Assembly (NCBI GenBank): GCA_012026655.1
Contig: JAAILG010000464.1
Location: 1-64,000, forward strand
Source of the DNA: Hydrolagus affinis
Lineage: Eukaryota
DNA: 64,000 nucleotides
Direction of reading: 5' to 3'
Shown here in pieces: positions 38,084-50,650 of this stretch (positions within the stretch are counted from its first letter, which is position 1; every line of letters begins with the position of its first letter). The notes below the pieces were generated by a model. The model was not told the origin of the DNA. It saw only the letters and a program-made list of their open reading frames with translations, and searched no databases. The position numbers were made by a program, and so were the translations under genes.

Positions 38084-39714
38084 CTGGTCAAACCATTAAT
38101 AAAGATGCATTTGAATTTTGATTGAATATGGGACAGCTTTAATTCTGTCACCATAACTATTTTTAAATCCATTGTTGCAATCGCAAAATAAACAAAATCA
38201 GTATCATCTTAAATATTATAGAACCGCCTGCTCCTTTCTCCTGTAACTTAATGGGGTTAGACGTGCATTTGAGTCCTGCTCTGCTATGGTTTCCAGTTGG
38301 ATCTGTGTCAAGAGGGAAGATGTTAAATGGGAGGAAGGAACGGAAGTGGAGAGATTTGCCCCTGGTATCTCCTGGCTACATGAGGTACTGGCGCAGCCTC
38401 AAAACAAGCCAAGCACTCTTGCCTGGAGATATAAAGCCAGGCAGATGAAGGTTAGGGTATAAAACAAAAAGGAATTCAAATACCCAAATAAAAATAAAGT
38501 GGAAAAAAAAGGCTCATACTCTAAATGCAATAAAATGTCAGCTGTATTCTTTGTACATTTTTAAACCCTTTTGCTGGTTAATTACACACAATTTCTCAGG
38601 AAAGCATTAAATTGTGGCTGTCTTTGAATGTTTCTATTGTCTGTTATACCATTGACACTGTAGTGTTATAATTGTCCTAAATTCCCTATTGAATTGCAGC
38701 TATTTTGCATGCAGATTTTTCACAAAATGTCACAAAGGTAAAAATCTCTTATTGCGGGCACTGTGTGAAATAGCAACCTAGGTTACTGTGATCTAGGAGA
38801 TATTTTCTTCAAACCGAGATGTGGCTTTATGCTAGTGATGGGGTTAATGTGTTATTCTACAGCTGTAAACATGAAAAGTGATTGTAGCAGATGTGACACA
38901 ATAGCAGTAAAACCACTACCCAGAATGAAAGCTTTATGACAGTATTACACAGCTATGTTTATTATGTATACCAAATCCCTAGATACTTTCAATTTTAAAC
39001 CTTACATGTTTTCTCCCACCATCAATTCTGCTGAATTCGGCTGAAGCAAAAAAGAGAGAGAGGGCTCTCCTCATTTTGTGCCATTATTTCACCCACAATC
39101 CTTCGCTTATTTGGATATCACTCACATTCAGACATATCAGCTGACACACGTTTGACCCCAGAACCCTCAGTAACAAGCTTAATAGGAAATCTGATTGCTG
39201 AAGTAACATTGCAAGTAGATAAACCAGTCATCCAAAGCCCATGTCATGTAATTCACCTTTATGCAGTCAGGCCTAATTCCAGCAAGTTCAAATCCCTAAA
39301 CTCTCTGGGGGCTGATGTCACTACTTGCTAGTAGTTGTTCGATGACAGTAGCAAAATCATACAGGCCTGGACTGAGAACTACTGTATCTCTATTGGATAC
39401 AATTAGGGTGCTTCTCCATCACGCCAGCATAATCCATTGATTTAAATGCCTATTTTCTTCAAAGTAAAATCCACTATTTCAACTGAAATTGAAGTCTTGC
39501 CTTCTAACTAAATAATTACTGGCATTGATAAAGAAAAGGAAATTTCCTTAGCGGAAAACCAACAAATGCTATGCAGTTACAGCTACTATGCACAAACCTC
39601 ACCCACAATAATAATTCTTGCATTATATATATATATATATCACTGTATTACATTAGAATTTGGCTAAGATACGATGGCAAAAGTCTTAATTGTATCATGG
39701 ATTGTTGAATCAGC

Positions 39715-39866
39715 ACACAAGACCTTTAGTGTCTCATCTGACAAACCAGGGCCTCCCCAGCAATTGTATAGTCAGCCTAAACTATGAACTCCAAATCCTT
39801 GATGTTCCAGGTTGACGCAACTTCTGACGCAGAAGTGGGAATGCCACCATCTACACCATGCTCACA
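39715..39866 (-). mobile_element. Old DeuSINE 5' half (SacSINE1-like head)
   Basis: Reverse complement reads GGTGGCATTCCCACTTCTGCGTCAGAAG...TAGGCTGAC...CAGATGAGACACTAAA. Confidence 0.6.
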
Positions 39867-40429
39867 CCCTTCTGATTTGCCTGTCATTATCATCAACAAT
39901 CTGTGTTTGTCCAACCCAGCCAGGTGCTGAAATATTACATTTCTCTATGGTTAGCAATTATGACCCCAATGTGGTTTGTATACTGTGAGATTGTTGGCCA
40001 TTTAATTATGAACACATCACAAATGAAGCTGACAAAGCAGAAGTAGTGCTTGCAACCTTCACAGAAGCACAATTTTTGTTGTCCATTTCTGATGGGTGGG
40101 GGAATCTATGTCTGGAATTTCCATGTGTAGGTGGGATGCATGGAATTTTCAGTTGGTTTGGATATTCTTAAGCATACTGATGGGTTTCCACATTTATCAG
40201 ACACCTACCAAAAAGTTTAAGACAACATCATAATATTGATTTTAACATCTAAAACCAAATGAAAAAGATGAATAACTTAGCATTATTTTCAATTTATCCC
40301 TGTTCTCATTTAGCAAGGCACGAAAAATATCAACTCGTTTAAGACTTTGGTTTATTATGATGAAATCTCCATTTTATATTTATTTACAGATCTGTACAAA
40401 TATTCTGTAGAATGCTGCATGGATTCCTT

Positions 40430-40534
40430 AATTCTGACGAAGGGTCATGGACCCCCGAAAAGTTGACTCACTTTCCTTTCTCCATAGATGCTGCCTGATC
40501 GGCTGAGTGTTCCCAGTGATTTCTGTTTTGTTTT
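40430..40534 (+). ncRNA. Degenerate minimal (type I) hammerhead ribozyme within a Penelope-like terminal-repeat remnant
   Basis: CTGACGA (40434-40440), stem II GGGTC/ATG/GACCC, GAAA (40457-40460), AGTT, then TCTCCATAGATGCTGCCTGATCGGCTGAGTGTTCCCAG typical of shark PLE ends. Confidence 0.75.
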
Positions 40535-40762
40535 ACAAATTTCTTAATGTCCCGAGAAGGATAAGCTGTATAAACCACACTATTTTCTTAAATTCTCAGT
40601 CACAGTGAAAAACAGAGGAAAGTGGTGCTTTAAGGCTAAGCGGTGAAGATGGTAATATTTATGCGCTCTTACTAATCACTAGAGCACTGCAATGTAAATG
40701 AACACAATTGCAGAGTATTTTCTTTCATATTTAATTCCATTCCTGTGTTAAAACTGTACGTA

Positions 40763-41063
40763 TAATAATCCTTGCATTTGATACAGCGCTTTTCACATCT
40801 TCTAGACTTCTCAAAGCTCTTCAAAGAACATACTGTAAAGTGAATTGATAGTATATTTGTGGGCAAAACGTGGCAGCCAATTATGCACAGCAGTGTCCCA
40901 CAAACAGTCGTGGATTTAAATGACCAATTTATTATAGTTTTTTTTGAAGGATTATTATTAGGCATGTGGAGTAAGGAAACTTGCCCAAGGTTTCGCCCTG
41001 CCTGGATGTGAACACAGGTCCATGCTTATAAGGCGAGTGCTCTAACCACTGAACTGTAGGACA
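40763..41063 (-). mobile_element. tRNA-derived DeuSINE-type SINE, same family as 1853-2123, Deu core deleted
   Basis: Reverse-complement head GTCCTACAGTTCAGTGGTTAGAGCACTCGCC...GGCAGGGCGAAACCTTGGGCAAGTTTCC; body and tail match the 1853 copy. Confidence 0.92.
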
Positions 41064-42903
41064 TCTATCACTAATATATACACAATATATTTATAATAGA
41101 CACTGCATATATTTTTAATAGTAAGCAATGATTATACAGTATTAGTAAAAACAAAGGGGGGCAGTAAATATGTTGCCACATAGATGAGGGACGTACAGAA
41201 AACAAAGGATGAATTATTAAGAAAATATTTCTAAATACAAAACCTTGAAGACATTAATCTTCAGAAAGAAAAAAAATCATTTGGTATGCAAAGACTATGT
41301 TTGTGTCACCGTGCTCGGTGAATGTCCTCCATAATGCTGAAGTACATGTTTCCATACCTCCCCAACAGACTTGAAATAGAAGAGACAAAGCATATAATAA
41401 TTAAAGCCTGGCACAATGAAAGAGCTCTGAAGAGAAAGCTGAAAAGTAGCTATCATGTTGGCAGATAAATTCTACACACAATTATTCATTCCTAGCCCCT
41501 TGACATGTAGATTAATGAGTTTGATAACCTGGGCTTCCAAGAAGTAGATTCAATTCTGTTTCAGTGCCTTTTCCCCCTTCTCCAACTACAAAACACCTCG
41601 GTGTTTCTAGCAAGCAAAGAAATCAATACATCTACACTGGTCGTCAACATTTTTGCAATTGAGGAGTTATGTCAAGTATATTATATCTGCTGTGCAAAAG
41701 GCCTGCTTACGAGCTTTGTCATAAATACACTAGGGATCATGTGATTGCTGGAGGGAGGGGTTTTGCTTCAATAGTCTGTGATTGTGCATATGGTTCAAAG
41801 TACTGTGCAGGGGGGGAAAAACACAGCAGCTTTGGTAACGGTAATCACTAGGTACTCATAGAAATGTTGTCTACATTAAATTTTTTGTTGTGCCCCTCGG
41901 GCAACTGACTTTTATGTTGTTGCCTTGGTTAATGCTGCAGTGATCAAAGTCTATTTCAAGGAAAATTGTTGTATCAGGCTCTAAGCTGCTATATGCACTG
42001 CTCCACAAAGCTTCTATTTCATTAATAATATTTAGACTAGCAGCACTAAATGACACGCACTCTAAGACAAAATTACACTATAATGCTTATAAATTATTTT
42101 AATTATTAAAACAGAAAGATTCAAATTTTCAAGAATAATCTTCTGGTAATTTATGATAATTGTGAATAATTTTCCACGTTGTACAGCTTGGCTAACCTTG
42201 TATGACTAATCAAGAAAGCAAAACTCAGAACAAAACAAGCATAAACCTAACTGGTATGTCAAAATCAATTTACCTTGCTTTCTTTTCTAACAACTTTATA
42301 AAAACTTAATATTTTAAGCTGAGGAGGAAAATGTTGTCATCCAGATATTTCAGACTAGGAAACTGAGAGCTGAAGATGAGAATTGATCCACAATAGAATT
42401 GTTACTTTTCCATTCAATGTAACTGTTTCCAATTTTCTAGTCAGCATTACAATTCCATGAAAGAGTTTGACAGTAAGATCATCTCCATATACATTAGATA
42501 TGGTCTTTGCAACCTTTAATAGAAAGATTTTAAGATTGAACACAACTGTATTATAGAAAGAGCATTTAGATAGTGTGGACCCTGTAAACAATGAGCCTAC
42601 CATGCTTCAATTGTTGAAGTAGCAATACTTTTGTTTCTCCTCTGCAGAATAATGGGATAGTTATTTTTAGCAATTCGGGATTGACAGACCCATTGATTGT
42701 TATATCAGAGGCTGTGGTATATTAATATGTATTAAATGGTATTAAAGTCAGGCATACTTTAATCAAATCTGTATATGTGAATTATTTAATGTCAGCTCAC
42801 TAATCATGGTTTGAACACAAGCTACACTGTTCAATTCTATACAATCAGCTTTATAAAATGAATTTATATAAATCTGCAAATGTTGGATAAGTCTCAATTC
42901 CAA

Positions 42904-43146
42904 AATAATAATAATTCTTGATTTTGTTACAGCATTGTTCACGTCAGGAGGGCATGTCAAAGTACCTCACTGGATTTACTGTAAAGTACACTGACTGTAT
43001 TTTATGGGCAAACTAGACAGCAAATTTATTTAAATTAATCTTGCCTAGTTAGCCTAGAATACATGAGTTCAAAGTCCCAATGTGGGGCTTGAATCCACAA
43101 TCTTCTGACTCAGAGACGAGAATGCTACTAACTGAACCAGACTGAC
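42904..43146 (-). mobile_element. DeuSINE with SacSINE1-like head, internally deleted
   Basis: Reverse-complement head GGTTCAGTTAGTAGCATTCTCGTCTCTGAGTCAGAAGATTGTGGATTCAAGCCCCAC; tail ...CAAGA(ATT)n. Confidence 0.8.
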
Positions 43147-43209
43147 ATCCTCTAAGACACAACATAAGAAATAGTTTAATATGGTCAATGTTCCAAGATT
43201 AAATCCTCA

Positions 43210-43265
43210 GTGAGATACAGATCCAAAAGATTCAATGGACTGAATGGCTTACTGCTATTGTCCTG
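43210..43265 (+). mobile_element. CR1 3' UTR remnant
   Basis: GATACAGATC...GGACTGAATGGCTTACT is homologous to the reverse complement of 50551-50650. Confidence 0.45.
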
Positions 43266-44644
43266 AAAATCTAAGAGCAAGTTTCACTCATTCACATGCT
43301 ATACATACAATTAGTACAAATCAGAAAATAGTGTGTGACTAATCAAATTCAATGCAGCCACACATCTATATACAGTGTAATGTCTGCACCTGTACTGTGG
43401 TAAATCTTCAGAATATAAATTGTTGCTGTGTTGAAGAAGTTCAAATAGTATTGGTTAAACAATCTCAGGTTGTGATAAACATCCAATGAATCAATTTTTA
43501 AAGGCAATGCAAAAAATGACCATAACTGGGGCCTCTTAAAAATGTTGGAAATATTTGATAAATGCACTGCACAGTAATTTTGTTGTTTTGAAATAGGGGG
43601 AGCAATAAAGTATTTTAGCAGGTTTGCGGGAAAAGCTGTAGCGTCTGCTGGAGGAAATTCTATGTGTGTGAATAAAAAGTGGGACACATTAAGGTGATGA
43701 CAAGAAGTAAAAGTGCTCCACCACTCCAAATACAGTAATTCATTCTCTGATCAGTTCAAGAAACAATTATAGTGATGATAAATTGCACAAATTCCATTGT
43801 GTTTTTGGGGGGAGTGGGGTGTGGGTGGGGGTAGAATCTTACAAGTGATATGATATATTTGAAAGAGAGATATTAGATTGTTCTGTGGGTAGATGGAACT
43901 ATACTTACACAATTGCCTGTACAAGTGCTAGCCTAACATATTCTATCTTGTATGTTTGTTGTCTCTGTGAATCTGGGTTACATGTTGTTGTATGGAATAA
44001 AAATGAATTCCCAATATTGAATTTCCAGAGAAGACTTTGATTATTGCAGAAAGTGGGTCTGCCTAAAACCAACTAATTAGGTCCCCTTTAGGTTATGCGA
44101 TTAAAACAATAAGCACTCCATCTGGCCGAAAGGTCCATAGTGAAAGCTATTGAAATTCAGTGTGTTGCATGACAACTTATCTTTAAAAACTCTAGTGGAG
44201 AGTTCCACTTGGTTAAATATACCAAGAAAACACATTGCCTTATCTATATAGAAATATGGCTCCTTCATTCAATTTATCTATATTAAATGCAACAAACTGC
44301 AAAAAATACACGATAGCTTTCCCTATCAACATAAATCTAAACTCAGAAATAAAGCTGAATGCATGGAATTCCAATACAGGTGATGGCGACAAAAGGGGTG
44401 TAAAACAAGGTAATTTCTAAAGGAATTCTTTCAGTTTAATTCATTCTATTATTCTGGAACTCAGCCTCAGAAGTAGATTACATAGGAGCAAAGTGCCACA
44501 TGTTGATGTGTGACACACATTCCTTATTAAAAAAAAATCCCTATTCCTTACAGAAATCTTACACCCTAGTCCTCAAATTAATCAATTAATTCAGGTAAAA
44601 GAGAGTTAATGCTCCCAGTTAAAATGTATGCAAATATAGAACAT

Positions 44645-44829
44645 AAATAATAAATTGGTCATTTCAATCCCCCAACTGTTTGTGGGACACTGCTGTCTGC
44701 ATTTGGCTGCCACGTTACTCCCATGTATATACAGTCAACTCACTTTACAATATATTCTGTGCTGCGATTGAAGACATCTAGAAGACATGAAAAGCGCTAT
44801 ATCAAATACAAGAATGATTATTATTATTA
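44645..44829 (+). mobile_element. SINE 3' half
   Basis: AATAAATTGGTCATTTCAATCC...CTGTTTGTGGGACACTGCTGT...AAAAGCGCTATATCAAATACAAG..(ATT)n. Confidence 0.9.
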
Positions 44830-45114
44830 GTAACAACTCCGGTCCTTCAAAACTATAGTTAAGAAAAAGTTGCATGAAGAACAGAATTCATTTTAGTTTC
44901 AGCACGTTTCATAGAAAACAGACATAGACTTGCAGGTCAAGATTTAATCTGAGATGGACTAGACCCTTATTAAGATTCTCATTTCGTAATTCTAAATTAT
45001 CAGCCAGAGAATACCATGGCATTAAACTTAAAATCTCAGTAACTTTCCATTACCCATGAATAATGAATTGCAAGCCTTCTTGCACTCACTGCACAACAAA
45101 TCCAAAATATTTTC

Positions 45115-45550
45115 AGGTGTCCTCCTCAACACCGGATACTCATCAGTTTGTTAACTCTCAAAGCATTATCACGGAACTAAAAGATATGTGCCTCATGCCT
45201 CAAACCTCTTCCAAAAGAGAAAAGCGACCCTAGTTACGTCAGTGGATGCGAACCAGACTGAACCATGGCTTTCCAGTAATCGTATGGAAATAGATCCAGA
45301 TCTCCTCCTTATGGCATTTGATCACGTCTTCATCCCAAAATTGGACACTCAAACTTTAATAAATGTAACTCTATAAGCACAGAATATTTGTATGCTGACA
45401 TTTCCTTTCCCTTTCAAGGTCTTGCCTGTAAAGACTCAAACCTTAATGTTACTATTAACTGTAACAACCTAATACATGCCAAAAATGAACAGCGAATTGT
45501 CATTAACTCCGCAACATTCAAAAGCCAATTGCATTCCAGATGGCTTGATT
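45115..45550 (+). mobile_element. Decayed Penelope-like linker and start of GIY-YIG
   Basis: Frameshifted VLLNTGYS, FVNSQ, KRYVPHASNLFQ..ATLVT, EIDPDL, LACKDSNLNVTINC, compared with PLE FL..GYP / RVPR..LL / PLV.T / DP.L / F.C.S.NVIY.I.C. Confidence 0.45.
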
Positions 45551-46844
45551 CCCACATCCTTCAATCTGGTGTCTAAAATAAGCATTTTGCGGATGTTCAT
45601 TCCATGTAAAAGGTGTTGCTTACGTGCAGGTTGTTGTAACATTGTATCTTATGCACATTCAGTACCTTAGATAAATTATTATCTTCCAATGTGCTGTGTG
45701 GTTAGGAAACAGATGATACCTGTCCAACAAGTGAAGATGGACTACCAGCTAAAAGGAAATGGCATTTTACTTGAGTTTCAGGTGTGTTGTTTTATAATAA
45801 AATATCTGCAACTTTGAAGACGCTGCTGATCATTTTCCAGGTTGCTATGCCTTTTATTGATCTTCCAGTATGTGATACCAGATGGTGCATCCACAAAAGG
45901 GTAGAGGTTCTCTCAGCATGAAGATGGACTACTATCTGAATGAAAAAAGGTCTTCTGTCACTTTTAATGTTTTTGCATTCGCTACTTTAGATTCCCTTCC
46001 ATCTCTAATGCTCCTGACCCAGTTGGCTTTGTTCTCCCACCATCTGTGCAGCTTCAAACCTTTTATTACCTAAGGCACAATGTTAGAGTAGTCATGATCT
46101 AGTATCCGTTTACTTCTGAAATGATTGCAAGAGAGAATCTGTGAAAATGAAATGAAAAACTAATTGTCCACAAAAAATATAAGCATGTCTAGACAAGTAC
46201 TGTATTTGGAATTAGGATCCTGGATTGAATTTTTTTTTACTAAAACTTTTAGACAGTATGCAGTAGTATTTAATCACAGAATTCATTTTCCATATTTGGT
46301 GGTTCCGCACTGCATAAAATTTCAGTTGTTTATTTGAGCCAATGTTTTATGCTTGTTAACAACAAGATATTTAGTTGCTGAAAGTTATATTTTAGACTTT
46401 CTGTCAACAGCATGATCTACAGAACATTATCAATCCCAGTTTTAAACTAAACTGTGTAGTTATAGACATATCTGCTATACATGAGCAGGAGCATGTCAGA
46501 GATCAATTGACTAGACTATCATGAAATGCATGAACAAAATCTTTCCCATAACAGCACCCTGGCCCACTTCTTTTGGGGAAGAAGACTTGCCAAGAAATTG
46601 TTTATAAGATTAATTAACCTTTCAGTTCAAAAGAGAGTAAAGGGCACATGGAGCAAAGATGGCTGCAACTCACCCCACAATCCATCAACATCTAACTAGC
46701 TTTAAAACCATGTAATATGATCCGAACAAAGTCTGCAAAACAGCTGCATGTGATTTTATTGCTGGGTTCCAATGTTTGAAATTAATTTCACCCTGACACA
46801 GGCCAAACATTCTGTAACCAAACCATAAGCTGAATGGATACTAT

Positions 46845-46910
46845 CCTGCACCTTGGGGCATCCTCCTGAAGTGAAAGGCACCAAACAAATTTAATTTTGC
46901 TGTTGTTGTT
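46845..46910 (+). mobile_element. L2/SINE tail fragment with a (GTT)n end
   Basis: GCACCTTGGGGCATCCTCCTGAAGTGAAAGGCAC...TGTTGTTGTT. Confidence 0.65.
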
Positions 46911-49639
46911 GGAACCTAAGAGTAAATGCTGACTGCAAAACTCTATCCAAATGAAGATGAACTGAATCTGTGTAGAACGAGGAGGACCACAACGAATGCT
47001 GTTGGAGGACATTCAGTTCCTCTAGCAGGAAAGATGCATGGAAAGGGTAGGTCAATCTGGATGATCTAGAAAAAAAAATCAATTGAAGAAATTAGGAATA
47101 TCAAAGATAACTGACAGAGCTGAAAATTAGGGCACTACTGATTTTCCATCCCAATTGTTCCAATCACTTCTGAGTATTTCAATGTACGTTTTGTACTGAA
47201 GTCATAACTTTCTCAAAAATGCAATGCCTGCTCAGAGCAGGTTGCAACAAGAAGAAACAATAATTTGTTTAGAATCTGATTACTTAGTTAAGCTAAATCA
47301 CAAAAGACAACTCTTAGATGATGTTAAATGATCCTGAACACAAAATTCTACGAATGTAGCCTGATGTACCCAGCCAGGCTGTCAACATGAGCAGTTTGGT
47401 TCCATGTGTTTCTAGTCTTGGCAGAGTTAAAGCTGTTTACAGGACTCTTTCTATGCAACTGAAAAGGATGACACCCAGACTACAGCAGGTGACAGAGAAG
47501 GATTGCATTAGTTTAACGTCTGTGATTAAATTCAGTTATTTTATGCAATTCTGAACAGTAGTTTGACTGCATTACACTTTTCCTGAAAGTGATACTGAAA
47601 AGTGGTTTCCTCCATAAATTTCTTGAATAATATTCTTGACTGATCAGATAAAGTGTTAGGCTATGTGAACGTTTGATACACATCTTTTCTGCAGCTTCTG
47701 GGCATGGTTAACTTTTATTCCAGACTTTCAAGATACAAGATAAACTGGGCAAGGTCAAAGATTACACCATTAAATAAAAGTCATATGGGGCTCTAGTTAG
47801 AGAAGTACCTTTTATGTGGAGCGAGCCAGGATTCCACGATTTGGGTATTGTCCAAGATGTAAAAGAGATAATGGTCATAAATATGAAGAAGCTGGCAGAT
47901 CAAATTACATCGTTCACTTCACTCGGGATGGTGCAATGCATCAGAAGAATAACAGATCTACAACAGAACTATATACCCAATATACTGTCTTTGTGCCAAT
48001 GTCCAGAAACTGATTTGTAATTCAATTATTAACAGAATCAGCATTCATGTTGACAAACAAGAGTCCAAGAGTATATCTCCTCATGTTATTGGGGATCTAA
48101 AGTTTTGGTATTTGGTAACAGGGAGGTTAAACCATGCCTTTAAGATACAAATAGTGCCTCATGCTGGTGACCAGGAATACATCACGCTGGCACAAAGAAC
48201 TCCTGTCAGCACAATCTACTTCTGGAGAGAAAGTCTGTGATCCCAATAGTGACACCTTTTGTTTTGGTCAGGAGTTGATAACGTAGCCATGCAGTATGTC
48301 ACATATACATTATAAAGTGACATGCTACTATACATTGAGGACCCTGCACATATAGGGGCATTTCCTATCATGCTGGAGGATGCCAGATGTACACACAGAA
48401 ATTGTTGAATAAGTCAAGCTGTCACACCAAGATTGATGATGCACTTTGTACTTTAGAGGTGAAAAGCTATGGGAATCATTGCACTTGGAGACCTGCTTGA
48501 TGAGAGAAGTCAGTTTTTAAAAAGGTTTTGCTGAGGTTATTTAACTTCCAGTCAACGACACAAATCCTTATTTTCTGCCCAGTATTTTGAAATTCTACCT
48601 GGAATAACCGATTGGCAGCAAAGTGGTAACCATGGGGGGAACTGTTTGAAACACCATTTATTTGTTATGAATGGAACAAGTGACTTATGTTTATTTTTAA
48701 GAATAACTTGTGTATTTTCAAAGCACCATTAGTCTGTGTGTCACTTTCATTGCTGGGCACTCATATGATTTTATTAACATCTCATTAATACTATCGAAAA
48801 GGAGCTTTTCCCCACATCCTTGGTGAAGCGAAAGAGTTGGTCCCATGATGAAACCACATAGCTCACACTAGATGCAAACAATCACTCTGTGAAATAAAAG
48901 AGACATTTTCGAAAAGACCGGGGAGACAAAAAAAAGACATGTGTCAAGATCCACCATAGGCCAGTTACCTTAGGATACTGTACATATCTTTCATTTCATC
49001 TTTTGTTCTGAACCACAAATGTACACCATGCTCCACAAGGTGAACTTACAGGAAAGTAATTAGGTACAAGGACACCATGGATACAAGGACACAATTGGAG
49101 CAAGCTCATAACCCTCCCCTGAGTTGCCTTCCTCTGTGCTATGCCACTTATTGTTCGCCACTAACAGATTTATCATTGGCATCTGATTTGCAAACCAAAT
49201 TTGTTGCGTTCTTGGCAACTGCAGATTTGCAGCGATTTGTCAACCTCGCGCTTTCTATTTCTAAGATAGTCATGCAACAAATCAGCGTATCCGAAGCCAC
49301 CTCCTTTCCCCACAACCCAAACAATTCTGTTGCCTCAAGCTCATAACAAAGATCTGCTCGATTATATTATGAACCTGAAGTTCATTAGAAGGCTTAGGAA
49401 GCACTAATGGTGCCATCAAGCATGGTTCCAGCTTTTTGTCATTGTCACCTGTAAAAACCCATTATATTAAAAGATATTTTTTGTTTAAAAGGCACACGGA
49501 GGTAACAACTGTAACATGAATCAAGCATTCAAAATTAACACTGACCTCATGTACCAGCAGTTTTACAACCCTCTCTTCACCAGTCATGGACCTGCCATTG
49601 TATCACCTGTGATCTAATGAAATATATGCATTATATAGG

Positions 49640-49900
49640 GATTGCAGCTCATTAATACAAAATGAAGCATGATCTTAATAATGACAAAGCACAATTTTCA
49701 CTGATCTGCTCCCCAATTAGTGCATTCATGAGCTGACAAATGTGGCTTGCACAACAATCGCATGTCAGTGAGAGAGAACGCATTAAAATCTGGCACAACA
49801 CAAGCATAGCACTAATGGTGTCTGAAAACTGAGCTGCAAATAAGCACCAGACCTCGTGGCTATGTATTACAACTGGAACCATTATCTTTTAGCAATTCTA
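49640..49900. promoter_or_regulatory. Candidate conserved non-coding element
   Basis: Repeat-free block with CAATTA, TGACA, TGTCA, ACAAT, ACAAAG and TAATGG motifs. Inference only. Confidence 0.35.
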
Positions 49901-50550
49901 TAGTGCATGAATGGGAAAAAATACTGTAAGGTACTTTCATTTCGTTTAAAGATAGATAGAAATAAATTTAGGGAGAGAATTATTTTTGATGGTTCTGTAT
50001 TCACTGCCTGAGTTTTAAAACTATCTAGAAATAAAATTTGCACACTGTTGTCAGTCAGCCGTCTCATATAGTTCAAAATATTTTAATTAAATTCGTAGAC
50101 AGCTTTATGACAGTACTATTGTACTGCAAAAGTAAGCTGTCATCTTCATTTATGGGCCTGTAAAAATTACCTAGCAATATTATCAGTTAAAAAAAAATAC
50201 ATCAACATTTTTAGAAGCCTGGAGTATTTTTCAACAAGTCAATGGAGATTATTTCATGTTTGACAGTTTGGCAACCATTGTGGAGTACAAAAATGGATTT
50301 AAAGGGTAGATTACTGGAGTTGTTTGTCGCACTAAAGACAAAGTATTAAAATCCTCTCATCCTCTCCTTAAAATGGTCCTAAACACTTAGCACATAAATC
50401 AATGGTGGTTTCTTCACATGAAACCTTTGTGACTCTTATATTTTGTTGCAGAAACCACTATGTCCACTAATAAACACTTAAAGCTAGCTGACTAAATACA
50501 ATTAGTAATGAACTATTCCACGAAATACTTGAAATATTTTCAAACGATCT

Positions 50551-50650
50551 TTAGAAATAAGAGTAGGCCATTCAGTGCCTCAAGCCTGTTCTGCCATTCT
50601 ATTAGATCATGGCTGATCTGTACCTCAACTCCAATTACCTGCCTTTGTCT
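50551..50650 (-). mobile_element. Shark-type CR1 3' UTR (HER1/HE1-like tail)
   Basis: GAGTAGGCCATTCAGTGCCTCAAGCCTGTTCTGCCATTCTATTAGATCATGGCTGATCTGTACCTCAACTCC matches the recalled chondrichthyan CR1 3' end in antisense. Confidence 0.85.

Noticed and set aside
49101-49347. 12-bp direct repeat CAAGCTCATAAC flanking 223 bp (possible TSD)
   Set aside because: About one such nearby 12-mer repeat is expected by chance in 64 kb, and there is no tail or TIR inside.
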